Shown here piece by piece: positions 41,126-53,511 of a DNA stretch of 64,000 bases (within the stretch, counting starts at the first letter, position 1; every line of letters starts with the position of its first letter). Under the pieces are notes generated by a model. It saw nothing but the letters and a program-made list of their open reading frames with translations. It did no database searches and had not been told where the DNA came from. A program made the translations under genes and the position numbers. Source of the DNA: Octopus sinensis (taxonomy: Eukaryota); assembly GCF_006345805.1 (NCBI RefSeq), contig NC_043007.1, positions 45,322,001-45,386,000 on the forward strand, read 5' to 3'.

Positions 41126-41816
41126 GTTTTCAAATCGGGTGACAAAACCGCCGCAGTCAACTATCACTCACATCCCATAATCATAAAAATGTTTGAAAGG
41201 GTAGTGAGATAGATGGCTTTCGGGAGAGCCACAAACTCCTAAATTCAAACCATCATGGCTTTCGCTGCGGCAGCGACTGTCTAACACTGTTCTTACATCA
41301 CATCGATGATATCCTTAAAGCCTTGGGATTAGGTTCGAACTGTGATGCCATATATCTTTACTTCAGTAAATCGTTCGGCAGAGTTGACCATAATATACTA
41401 CTGACAAAACTGTTAAATGTTGGAATCCGTGGAAAACTTCTACACTGAATTTAGGAATAAAATGTTGTAAAACAATGTAATCTTCTCATATGGAAAAGAA
41501 AGAAAGAAACCAAACTCATCAATAAGGCATTTTAACAGAATGTGATGGATGTGCATAATGATGAACGGGACGCTATTAAGATTACATTGATTCACACCAT
41601 TTTATTCCTTTTGGAATAATACCAATGTTGTCTTCGAAACATATGTCGGAAGTAAAAGAACTTGAATAACACCTGCGTTTAACTCCATTTATACATACAT
41701 ACATACATACATACATACATACATACATACATACATACATACATACATACATACATACATGGATAAGAAGACACACCTGATTAACAGTACAGATCGTTTG
41801 ACACAAAGGGTGTGAC

Positions 41817-41882
41817 TTTCTCCATTCGGAGAATTTTCTCCATTCGGAGAATTTTCTCCATTCGGAGAATTTTCTCCATTCG
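41817..41882. repeat. Perfect 18-bp tandem repeat (3.7 copies) of a hairpin unit
   Basis: TTTCTCCATTCGGAGAAT x3 plus TTTCTCCATTCG; each unit contains TTCTCC-ATTC-GGAGAA. Confidence 0.95.
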
Positions 41883-42483
41883 TCTTTGATTAGGAACATT
41901 GTCTTGAAGTGGTCTTATTTAAAAAAGAAAAATTGAATCTATGAATGTGTCTAGCTAATGTAATGTTATAAAATTTCCTGCAGTCAAATCCATTATTATT
42001 TTGCTGTGATAGAAAGGTTGGTACATAGATAAATAGACAGATAGATATATATTTTTGTCACATTGATCATACTTGTATTAGCTTCTATTAGAAATTCTTC
42101 CAGTACATTTCGGTGGAGAGCATGAGGATAAAATATATAATATATGCTTGATTCAGCATTTAGAATGCTTAACAAATGCTAAATTCGAGGAAGTGAAGCA
42201 AACTGCTATAAGTCATAATCATAGCGACATCAAAGGATTTTCTTTAAGCCTCCACCGATTATTAGCCAGTATGGCAAATTGCTAGTAAGATTCTCAGAAA
42301 AGGAATTGGCAATATCTTAATACAAGCATAAAGGAGAGATACAACGAAAATTGTTTCTTAATTTACAGCAGGAAATCGAATTTCTTGAGATGAAAGTTTG
42401 TTATATAACACACACACAAACACACGGACTAACGAATACATACCTAAATATATACATACATATATATATGCATGTATATATGC

Positions 42484-42564
<81 letters not shown>

Positions 42565-42631
42565 ATATATATACATGTACATATATATGCGTGTATGTAT
42601 ATATATATATATGTATTATGTTCCTATGGAC

Positions 42632-42683
<52 letters not shown>

Positions 42684-42768
42684 CATAGGTGTATGTGTGT
42701 GTATGTGTATTCTGATGCAAACATTGGAAGCGGACATAAAATTATAATCATACACACACAGACACTGG

Positions 42769-42804
<36 letters not shown>

Positions 42805-43374
42805 CACATAACCATTTATATACGCACATATAGAAATTAATGCTTGTTCAGTTCTCTTAGAACTTCAACCAGTTTTAGTCGATTCAATATATTTTTATAA
42901 ATATTTAAATTACTTTCTTCATCTTCAAAGATACATAAAAGTATTCATCGTGATATATAATAGCAAACTATATCACCAGTCGATATTTATTTATATATTT
43001 AAAACTTTCTCATTAAAAGATGAAATGTTAAAGTGCTGGGGGAAAAAAACCAAACTAATAACAACGAAGACACAAACGACAACAATAAAATATGTGTATA
43101 AATATATAAACAACTATCCCTGCTTTTATAACTTCTGCATTTCGCTCTAATCTTAATAGTGATATTTATAAATTTATTCCGTTTGAACGGAAACATATGC
43201 AGTGATATTTTATAAAAAGATGTGAGAAAATTCATACAAAAAACTCCGGAATTTGTAGACCTTTAACTTAGATATCATTATTATAATTACCATGTCAAGA
43301 TTTATAATATATATACGTTAATGCATGCATGCAATCACACACAGACACATATATACACACACAGACAATATATG

Positions 43375-44103
43375 CATGGTGCAGTGAATAAATTTGTCAT
43401 CTAAATTATGCAAAAATGAAAATAACACTGACATCTCATTTTAACAGATATATTTACTATAATTACGTAAAATTAATTTGAAATACCAGAGAGTAAATTT
43501 ATACAATAAAATCACCGTAGGCTTTAACCACGACCTCCAGACGACTTCGGAATCTCCTGCAACACTTCTGGACGGTCTACTTGTTTAAGTTGGTGGATTC
43601 TGCCATAATACTTCTCTCCAGTTCATCTTTGGTGTTACAAAGAGTTTTGTTGGCCTCTCGCTGAACTGCGACTCACACATAATAATTAAGGGACTCTGGG
43701 TAGTTGCGTCGCCAGATTTCAGGAGAGATGTGGTCGCAGAAATTGTCTGAAAGCTATGACTAGGCTCTCCTGCTTGGGAAGCATGGTGCAGAGTCCTGTT
43801 GCCAGACACAGGGCATTCCAGCAGCTACCCTCTTGAGCCAGGGTAGCTCTACTTCCTTCAGGCACTAGTTGTAGGCCACCGTGTTGATTCTGAGACCGTG
43901 TGAGAGGATGAATTGAGGCATCAAGTTGCCATTACTACTGATCATTTCAAACAACATGATGTTGATTGGATGTTTGTTCTGTGATTCACCATCTGATCTT
44001 GGCAGAAATATTTCTCGTCTGGGGAAAACCAAAGCATGTTCAGATGGAGGGGATGCTTGAGTTCAAAAGCTACGTAGCGTGGTCTTTCCTTTTGTCCTTG
44101 ATT
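43375..44103 (-). mobile_element. maT/DD37D-like mariner relic (C-terminal half), same family as 16993-17967
   Basis: Minus strand encodes LWFSPDEKYF, WQQDSAPC and a degenerate WPP...NYYV motif. The end at 43375 matches the revcomp of the 17967 end. Truncated at the (AAT)n array at 44105. Confidence 0.8.
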
Positions 44104-44118
44104 CAATAATAATAATAA

Positions 44119-44177
<59 letters not shown>

Positions 44178-44197
44178 TGATGATGATGATTTTAATA

Positions 44198-46620
44198 ATA
44201 AGACCGAAGAATCCCTAGTAAGGAATAAATCAAATGTCACCCCACCAAAAGGCAGAAATATCTACCTTGACCAATATATTGATATCCTATCAAACTTTCC
44301 CCTAAAACACAATACTACGGTTAGGCTTAACATTAACAAATCAGAGATATCTGCACTTAAACGCATACAAAGCGATGAAACAATAATAAACAAGAAGATA
44401 AAGGTGGTGCAATTGTTATTATGAATGTGGAATGCTACAAGGATTTGGTTGATCACCAACTGAAGGATACAACATTTTGTTGTGAGATACCCTCTAATAT
44501 AGACTACCACATCATGAAGAAGATCAACTCCCTGGTTTCACAACACTGCAACTCACTCACTGACAATGAAAGGGAATACATCACCAGTTTCGAGCCAAAA
44601 CCCAGCAGCTTTTACAAAAATACATAAGTCAGAAGATATTTAACAGGCAGTAAAAGAACAAGCAAGTGAATACATAAAATTTCTATATCCAAAAGACTTA
44701 AAACCTAGACCAATTATAGCTGGCCCAGCATTCCCTACCCATCGGCTAAGCAATTTCATCGACATTATTTTGAAACCACTATGTACCTACGTACCTAGCT
44801 TCATTCGGGATGGCATCGATTTCCCGTCCCATCTTACCAAAACGACTGAAACAAACTCAATACTACTGAGCTTTGATGTATTAAGCCTTTACACCAATAT
44901 CCCACATGATTTAGGAATAAAGGCGTTTAAATGCTGGCTAGATAAACATAGAAAATAAATTTCCAAGAGATTTACAATGGTATGTATATTAGACTCAGTC
45001 AGACTTATTCTCGAAAACAACACTTTCTTCTTCAATGGAAAGAACTACATCCAGTCCAAAGGACGGCCATGGGAACGAGGTTTGCTCCCGTTTACGCGAA
45101 CTCGGTGATGGGATACTTAGAACAAAACTCTATCAGGATATAGAGGAGAGATACAGCACTAAATTTAGGAAGTATATTAAAAAGGCGTGGAAGAGATACT
45201 TTGACGATTGCTTCATAATCTGGACAAAATCTCAAAACACTGCGGAAGAATTCAATATCCTCCTGAACAACCTACACCTATCCATTCAATTTAGAAAGGA
45301 GATGAGCAGTACCAAATTACCGTTCCTAGATATAATGATAATTAAAAAGAACACCATCATTACCACAGATATATATTAGAAACACACAAATACACATCAA
45401 TACCTGAATTTTAAATCGTGCAATCCACCGCATTCATACCGTAACATCCCATTATTGCTTAGTCAGAAGAATCTGTATCATTGTAGAAGATTTGAAGATG
45501 AGGAATCAGCACTTGATGGAACTGAAAGAATTTCTGCTCAAACAAAATACCTGTTACTACTTATAGAAAATGGTATTCAGCGGGCTATGAAAATACCTAC
45601 GCAACAACTGAGAACAACACACAGAAGCGAAAAACAAGAGCAAATCATACCATTTATAGTGACGCACAATCCATACCACCAGAACAGCTTCAATATCCCT
45701 AAAGCAAACCTACAAATCATTGTTCAAAGTAAGGAATTAAGAGATATTATTAGACCAAACTATAACTCTCAGTAAAAGACAGCCTAAAAGTTTGAAAAAG
45801 TTAACAAAGGCAAGGTTTGACCTTAGCAACAAAGACCAACCATTCATTGTGACAAAATGCAATGGTAGCCGATGCGGTAGTACATGCCAATTAATTCATA
45901 CCGGCCCATATGTGATCACGAATGGGGAAAATATTCACAGGCGCAGATATGAACTGCAAAAGCAGAAATTTAATCTACTGCATCAAATGTCCGAACTGTG
46001 AAGAACTGTATGTTGGCCAGACTGGCAATGTACTATCAGAACGCTCACGTGTGCACTGACAACAAATTAAAAATCCAGATGCCTCCCAAATACCGCTGAG
46101 TATCTACCTAGCAACATGTGACCGGAACATATTTATATTTCCATTTCATAAACTATACAATCCGAATGAAATCGAGAGAAAACTGAAAGAAAAGGACTTT
46201 ATTAATATATTCAAACCCAAGCTTGATAAACTATGATGAAAAATAATCTTTATTTAATTTTAAAAATTCTCATCCCCATATCTAAAAAATAATATTTAAA
46301 ATCTACTGCAGTCATCATTTCTAAAAATAAACACTGAAAAATGGTATGGCATCATTTCTAAAAATAGCCAAGCAACTACTACTTCTATCCACAGAAATGT
46401 ATATAAAGGACAAGATTTAACCAGTCAACTACAGTTGAAACCAATGAACACAACTGTCACCGCCACCATATGAACCTGAACGTTGCATAAATGCAAGAAG
46501 TATACTAGTTCAATAAGATTGGACATTTAATATTTCATTTGTTCAATAAGAATAAACAATTAACACTTCATTTCATTTCGTTTTACTATATTATTTTATA
46601 TCTTATTTTAATATTATAAG
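44198..46620 (+). mobile_element. 5'-truncated, frameshifted Penelope-like retroelement (Neptune-like), RT plus GIY-YIG
   Basis: Motifs: RPIIAG (~44708), LLSFDVLSLYTNIPH, TAMGTRFAPVYAN (45063-45101), RYFDDCFIIW (~45195), Cys linker CNGSRCGSTC (45858-45887), NLIYCIKCPNCEELYVGQT (45967-46023). Stop at ~46234. Confidence 0.9.
46471..46512 (+). ncRNA. Degenerate hammerhead-like motif in the Penelope-like 3' flank
   Basis: TGAAC-CTGAACG-TTGCA(TAAA)TGCAA-GAAG-TATA-CTA-GTTCA has perfect stems I and II but a mutated core. It sits ~240 bp after the ORF, where PLE pseudo-LTR hammerheads are expected. Confidence 0.5.
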
Positions 46621-48876
46621 ATTATAAATAAAACGTGAAAAACAGTGTTGGAATTCCTTTGAGTAATATATTATTCTATACACAATCATACAAACCTCTT
46701 TGTTTATATATATATATATATATATATATAACGGGAAGCTTTATGAAAATAAACAAAAGACGAAGGCAGGTGGAAAACAAATATATATATATAATGTTTG
46801 TATCTACATCAAAGTCTGTGTATGTATTTTTATAGACATTCATATACATAAACACAAACTTGCATGTTTGTACCGGTAGCAATATAATAATTTTCTACAT
46901 TATAACTTACAGCCTCTGGAGCAGTGGCGATGAGAGCAGGAACTGCGATATTATATTTTTTCTTTATCACCGTCGTTATCTAATCTCTCGTCATATCTAC
47001 TTCATCTTGGAATTTTTTTTTTTGTTTATTCTTCCATCTTTTATTCACTCAAAGAATACCGAAACCTTAAAACGGCTTTCTATTTGGGGTTGATAGAATA
47101 CGGATTCTGAAAATAATGATGATATGCCATTCGTGAGTTGGGAAATATGTTCAATTAGTGTACCTTGCTTAAGGCTTCCTCTATCTCACCCATTCTCTCC
47201 ATGTTTGCGAGCTGCCTCCTCTTCCTTTCGCCTCATGCGTTCTTTGACTATCTCCGCCTCCCTTGTCTTTTCATCCCACTCTATAATTTGCTTTCTTCCA
47301 TATCAAATATTTACTTTGAATATATTTCTCAGTTCATCATGACTATCCAGCAAGCGACTCTAACTCTGATCATGTGTTGCAACTGAAGCGTTTACATCAG
47401 GGAAGACCTATAGTGGTTTCAAAATTTCGCACAAGGACAGAAAACTTGGGCAAAGGGGAAAGTCCATTACATCAACACCAGGGTTCAACTAGTACTTCTT
47501 TTATCGACTCCGAAAGGATGAAAGGCAAAGTCACTTCGGCGGAATTTGAACTCAGAACGTATAGATGGACGAAATGCTGCTAAGCATATTTCTCTGCTTT
47601 CAAACGATCCTCCCAACTCACTGCTTTTATAGACGAACAGTATGAGCAATTTAAAGGCATAGACAAAAACCGCCTGCTACATACACTTTCCATTTTCTGT
47701 CTATTCCATAGGGGAGTATAAGAAATTTTAAGTAATTTAAATGGTTCAATTGTTTCTTTGCTGATTCATTCCTTTTCTAAATAGTCTACATACTAAGTAA
47801 AAACAACGATAAATTCTGACTTTTCATCCCTTTAGAATGTTATTTTCTTCATTGACCCCGAAAACAAGAGAAAAGGCAAAATCTGAGCACTGTAACATTT
47901 GAACTCAGGGTGCAAATAACTAGAACGAACACCGCAGCTATTCTCTTCAACTCTAACGATTCTGCCAATTTGCCGCCTTAATCATAAAGCAATTTTAAGC
48001 ATTCCACCATTATATTTAACATCGGACCAATAAACTTTCCGCAATGAATAATGTAGTTATTCAGCCATAGCAACCAGGAACTGACCTCCTCTAGCACACA
48101 TTCTTGCAACCATTATTGTACCATTACAGAAATCTGGTTATTAATATCTTTCATTACTGCTACGTAAGTGGCGAATAGAGATTCACAGTTTGCTACCTAG
48201 TTCAATTACAGAAACAGAAATGTGATTAATAAGTATATTATGTTTGTTATAAAAAAAAATATATCGAGTATCACTTTTAGTGTGAAATGCTACAACTGTT
48301 AGCTGCATTCATTCTTAGTAGACAGATATAATTACTTCCGTAGCAAGACGCCCTCTCGATTTTCAACCGGAAGCATTTCTCTTACATCATAACTACTTGC
48401 TAATATCCACTTACAAACGGGGGAATTTATATAAATAATTCATATGTAATTTCTTGCATTAGGACTGATTGTACATTACAGCATCGTATTCAATGTTGCC
48501 GCTGATTAAATAAGCGATATATATCACTGATTCTTACCTATTTGCAGAGAGCTGTACTAAGCTGGAGACAGTTGTGTGTCTTCTCAATTCATATTACACA
48601 TCACTGATTACGTCAGCTGGTTATCAGGTATCCTATCGATAAAAAAGCTTAACACCGCTCATCGCCATGGAAAGGAGTTGTGCAAAAAAGAAGCCAATCA
48701 AGTGTTAGTAAAGCGGAGTTCGCCGAATGGTTTCGATCGCAGTTACGATATGCTCAACTCTTTTAGATCGCTGTTGTCGTAGATGCGATGAATGATGTTA
48801 GGCATGTCTGTTCCCTTAAAGTATGTTAACCTGTATCCCCTTGAAGTAATCAATATAATTTGTTCATTAAACAATA

Positions 48877-49110
48877 CCTATTTCTTTACTACCCACAAGG
48901 GGCTAAACACAGAGGGGACAAACAAGGACAGACAAACGGATTAAGTCGATTACATCGACCCCAGTGTGTAACTGGTACTTAATTTATCGTCCCCGAAAGG
49001 ATGAAAGGCAAAGTCGACCTCGGCGGAATTTGAACTCAGAACGTAACGGCAGAGGAAATACTGCTAAGCATTTCGCCCGGCGTGCTAACGTTTCTGCCAG
49101 CTCGCCGCCT
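48877..49110 (-). mobile_element. SINE family 2, best-preserved copy
   Basis: Revcomp: AGGCGGCGAGCTGGCAGAAACGTTAGCACGCCGGGCGAAATGCTTAGC...GAGTTCAAATTCCGCCGAGGTCGACTTTGCCTTTCATCCTTTCGGGG...AAAGAAATAGG. Confidence 0.9.
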
Positions 49111-50273
49111 AGTGGTATTCTCTCAGTTTGCCCCGATTTTCCGTATCATTTGAAATGGACAAAGTTCCTGTTAATCGACTTTATTTAAAGCCATGGAAAT
49201 TTTTTCCATGTCAGGGAGACAATCCGGTAGTCTAATAGCTGCGTGGGTGGGTGGTTAAGAGGCACACTTTGCAACTACATTGTTTCCGGATCAATTTCGT
49301 GGAAGAACTCCATGCACATGTTGTTTCTTATTTATTTTTAAAGTGATGGCTGGAACAAAGTCTTGAGGAAGATTAAATGATAGACGGAAATTGTGTGGAA
49401 GTTCCATTTGAGGGATATTACTTGGTTTTGCTTAGTAGACTTAATTGTTCGTTCGGTTTAATAGTGCCATCTGATCTTTTGGTGTTTAGCGGTGAACTTT
49501 CTGCTGCAAACATTTGCACAAGTCTCCGGCCTGACAATTATATTCTCTCATTCATCAGTCTGAGAGACCTTGAGAATGACCGTGGGCGCTGATCCTTTCC
49601 CCACCAGCACTGACCTAGCAATTTAAAAAAGAACGGTTATCTTCATATATGTTGTGACAGCCACTATGTTAATGATGCTGTTAAGAGAAACGAAATGCTA
49701 TTAACGTTCCTGTTATGAAACTAGAAATGACAGGCTACTAATTCTTGTTGATAAGTGATCTCACAGGATATTTCGAAGACTTGAAATATACTTAGTGATC
49801 TCATATGAACGGACACAAATCAAACTGGCAATACCGCAATTTCCGATCTGTCCCAACATCATCTCAACGTTCCTATAAATTAACCAGTATATTCTAAATC
49901 TATGCTATTCCTATATTCCTCCATTCCATCCATTAACCTATTCGGTCATACATTCATTCATTTAAATTTTTTAACATTTACTATTGACAACATACAGGTT
50001 ATCTCTACGTAATGTTAGAGAATTCAATCTCAACGGTATGCAATACAAAATAGCATCTTAGGAAATGAGATTTTGTAACGTTAATGCATTCATAGAGAAC
50101 ATTAGAACTAAAGCATAGAAACATGTTTTCGAGTGGATATTGAAATTCTATCGCCATCTCGGTTTATTATAGACACATAGCATGCTTCACGGTGCATGCC
50201 CTTTCCGCATCCTCCATATCTATGTTTTGCGTAAATCACTTATATATATATTGCATATAGCGTTATACAACTA

Positions 50274-51240
50274 CTAGCTTAAAAGCCGCACACCATGCGG
50301 ACTTTTAAGTTAGTTCCTGCGGAGGGCTAATTGGGTCTGCGGCCTAAAACCAAAGTGGGCAATAATGATAAAGCATTTATTGGTACTCTATCATCTCAGA
50401 TTTATATCACAGAGCATTAAATTTGAATAATATTTTATCACTGTGACATTTGGAGAATTGTTTTATCACTTGACATTTGGAGATCAGTTTAAACCAGCAG
50501 GATAAACAACATTCTTGCTGCTACCCTTTGGTGTCAGTATGAAGAGATTGTTGCCATTTCCAACTCTGGAACAACCAATATAGAGCTGATCGTGAGAAAA
50601 GCACCGTTGCATGAGGTGAAGTCCAACAATCTTCAGTGATTGTCCTTGACTCTTATTAATTGACATTGCAAAACTAACTTTTACTGGAAATTGAAGTCTC
50701 TTGAATGTATGGAGCATGTCTAGAATCAGTGGAATTCTTGGATTAAACACAGTTTCTACTTTTCCTTGTTCAGTGAGGACTGTTGTTTCCAAAAGGTTTG
50801 GATGCATTTGTCTGACAATCATTCTTGTTCCATTGCACAGCTTTGGAGGATCCAGATTTCTCAAATGCATAATTGGTCTTCAATATCAGTTTGATAAAAA
50901 ACATTTCAGGAGGATCAAGAGAGTTAAAAAAATCAGTAGTATAATTCACAGCTTCATTGGGGTCCACAACAATATCAATTGAGAAATAATTTTTGTCCTC
51001 CGTATTGATTGATTGCATAAGTTTCTAATTAACAAGTATGGCTCTTTCACAAAACGAATCATGATCTTCAAAATTATGTGCAATGTTTGGGTAAACCTTC
51101 TTAAATAACTCTTCTACAGTTTTGGCCAAAACGCCAGATAAATTTGGAGAAGTGATATCTCCATTACACTCTTGCTGAATGTTTCCATTTCCCAGATCCA
51201 TTAGCTGAACTGCAAATCTTCCAGCATACAAATCTCTAAA
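50274..51240 (-). mobile_element. Helitron 3' relic: PIF1-like helicase C-terminus plus terminal hairpin and CTAG
   Basis: ORFs 51025, 50770 and 50484 give ERAILVN, LRNLDPPKLCNGTR, RLQFPVKVSFAMSINKSQGQSL and FSHDQLYIGCSRV. Hairpin at 50278-50309 is followed on minus by CTAG|T (50274-50277). Confidence 0.88.
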
Positions 51241-51419
51241 TAAATTGACTTCGCGGAAAAGTTCGATCCAGCCGGAAGTCCGATCAGGCCGAAAGTCCAA
51301 TCTGACCGAAAGCCCAATTTGCACGGAAGTCCGATTTGGGCCGAAAGTTCGAGTTCTTCAAAATTTCCTTCCGAGCATTTTAGTTCACATACACCGTGGA
51401 ACTTCGAAATCTCACGGAT

Positions 51420-51745
51420 ACAAATCCTCTCGCTCTAAATTTTAGTTAGATCGAGATTTAAATTAACAGAATTGAAAATATAAAAAAAATTACTACTTTA
51501 AATACTACTTTAAATTCCCTTTAAATGACAAAAATTGTAAATGTTTTGAGTTCCACAGTTAGCATGTAACAAATTCTCACCCAGGCCTGATCCCCGTGCT
51601 GAATATTCAAGAACCAAATGAAGGGAAAATCCCGTGATCATCATCATTCCAAAAAAGTATATGTCTATGTGGAGCAAATGTAGACTGCGATACAGTGGTC
51701 CCGGACAAACGGACAGACAGAATTTCGCGTTCATTATAATTCATG
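51420..51745 (+). mobile_element. Possible non-autonomous Helentron/HINE-like end
   Basis: CAAGAACCAAAT...GAAAATCC...GGACAAACGGACAGACAGAATTTCGCGTTCATTATA resembles (GACA)n-containing HINE ends (recall only). Confidence 0.4.
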
Positions 51746-52424
51746 TAAAAGTTTAACAATTGCTCATGTTAAATCCCAGCGATAAATAAAACTTGAAAGG
51801 CCAGTACAAAATGATACGAAAGACTTCCAAGTAATGCAATAAAGACATCCTCACCAAGCCACCTGTTTATATAAAAGTGCTGGGCTGATATATTTTCCAT
51901 CTCTGACGTCACAAAAGTTAGCAAAGATAAAATGCTAACATATGACCGTTGCCTTTGTACAGTGGACCTAGGATAGTTCTGATCAAGAAAACTAATAATA
52001 AAAGTGTACTATCCATGTCCCTCTCATTTTATTCCCGAGAATTCATTCAGGACTAAATTATCAACTTCTATCTGCACTTTTTATAAAGTCGCAGATACGC
52101 TTTTCCTGACGGAAGATGTTCATATGATATCATAGGCTGGCAAAGCACCTTGGAATTCTTCAGTTATACTGCTGATTGTTGTGTAGGATTACAATGTCCG
52201 CAGTGCTCATGTATAAAAATACGTGGCCTAGACTTCAAAAGCGTTACATTTTCCGCTAGAAATAAAACCATATTTCTGTCAAATCTCATTCTACCGTCTT
52301 ACAAAAGACATGGTCGTCATGCAGGGGCGTTTGATCAGCGATCTCCCCTACAAGGGGATAAAGAACATCCTCCTCTATCTCTTATCATTACCATCATCGT
52401 CATCATCAGTATCAGCAACAACAA

Positions 52425-52463
<39 letters not shown>

Positions 52464-53511
52464 CAACAACAACAACAACAACTACAAGAGAGTGATGGCG
52501 TATTCATCACAAAGTAAATGTATGGCTGGCAATATTGAAACTATTGTGAATAACAATTCTCTTCCTTTCGTCAGCATGTGAGACACTTTAGGTTTTAAAT
52601 ATGTTTGTCTCAATATGATTTTAAAGTCAAAATATGCAACAGTTTTTTTTTTGTCCGTCCGGGTGGCAGTTATTTTTGGAATGAATAAAAAGATAAATTC
52701 GCAACAACATGGACACAGGTTCAATACCACAGCACGACACTCGGAGCCAGTATCTACTATCAAAGGGTTGACTCGACCACAGCCAAATGAAGGAAATTAA
52801 TTAGACAGAAGCCTTTGTGTGTGGAATCTTACTAATAATGAGGTGGCAGATTTATTTGGTCATGTGACTGTAAGGTGCTTGTTTTTGTGTCAATCATTGT
52901 GTACGTATAAGAATTAAAAATCTAGTCTGAAAACAAAACAAAACAAGAAAACAAGATAAACCAAAAAACAAAAACAATATAACACTGCTTCTCTTGTTCT
53001 TATAGTATATATACTAAATTCGTCGCTCAGACTAAACCACTATGTAACAGAAACAATACTCTGTAAAGAATTAACACAAATGATTAATTAATTTTGATAC
53101 GAGTTTATCTACTTTATTATTCCGGTAAATTTATAAATATAAATTCATAATTAGAAAATCCAAAGTTTTACAGTGTTTATTTAATATTGTAAAGCAAACT
53201 AACACTTAATTAATGGTAAATTTTGAAAATTTAGCCTGATCAAATACTTTTCGAAATTGGTTATGGGTTCAAAACTAGGAAAATGTCTTAATATTTATAT
53301 TTAATGATGAATCTTGCTCGGAGAACTTGTTGCGTTATATACACTAACGATGCAAATATAGTGATTTTATGTATGTATGTATGTATGTATGTATGTGTGT
53401 ATGCGTATGTGTGTATGTTTGTATGTATACATACACATATACATATACTGTATAAATGTGCACATGTAAATCTATCTATCTGTATGTCGGTTTGTCTGTC
53501 TGTGTGTATAT

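Larger units (their letters stand above)
38900..41450 (+). mobile_element. Old CR1-group LINE relic: CCCH-finger ORF1, APE endonuclease, RT fragment
   Basis: ORF1 remnants CRYYSQDNCRFG and CPQLHFKYCPNYRVHG...CTFFHPNMC...HHLKGT (39450-39760). APE motifs LTETHL, GLYRPP and MGDFN (40280-40610). 41145-41450 aligns with the young LINE at 55670-55985. Confidence 0.85.

Noticed and set aside
41817-41882. CRISPR-like appearance of palindromic direct repeats (also 51253-51355)
   Set aside because: There are no unique spacers, no cas genes, and the context is eukaryotic.
48548-48627. Plus-strand 80-nt exon candidate (TTTGCAG...CAG|GTATCC)
   Set aside because: The peptide is unrecognised, the donor is weak, and there are no neighbouring exons to build a gene.
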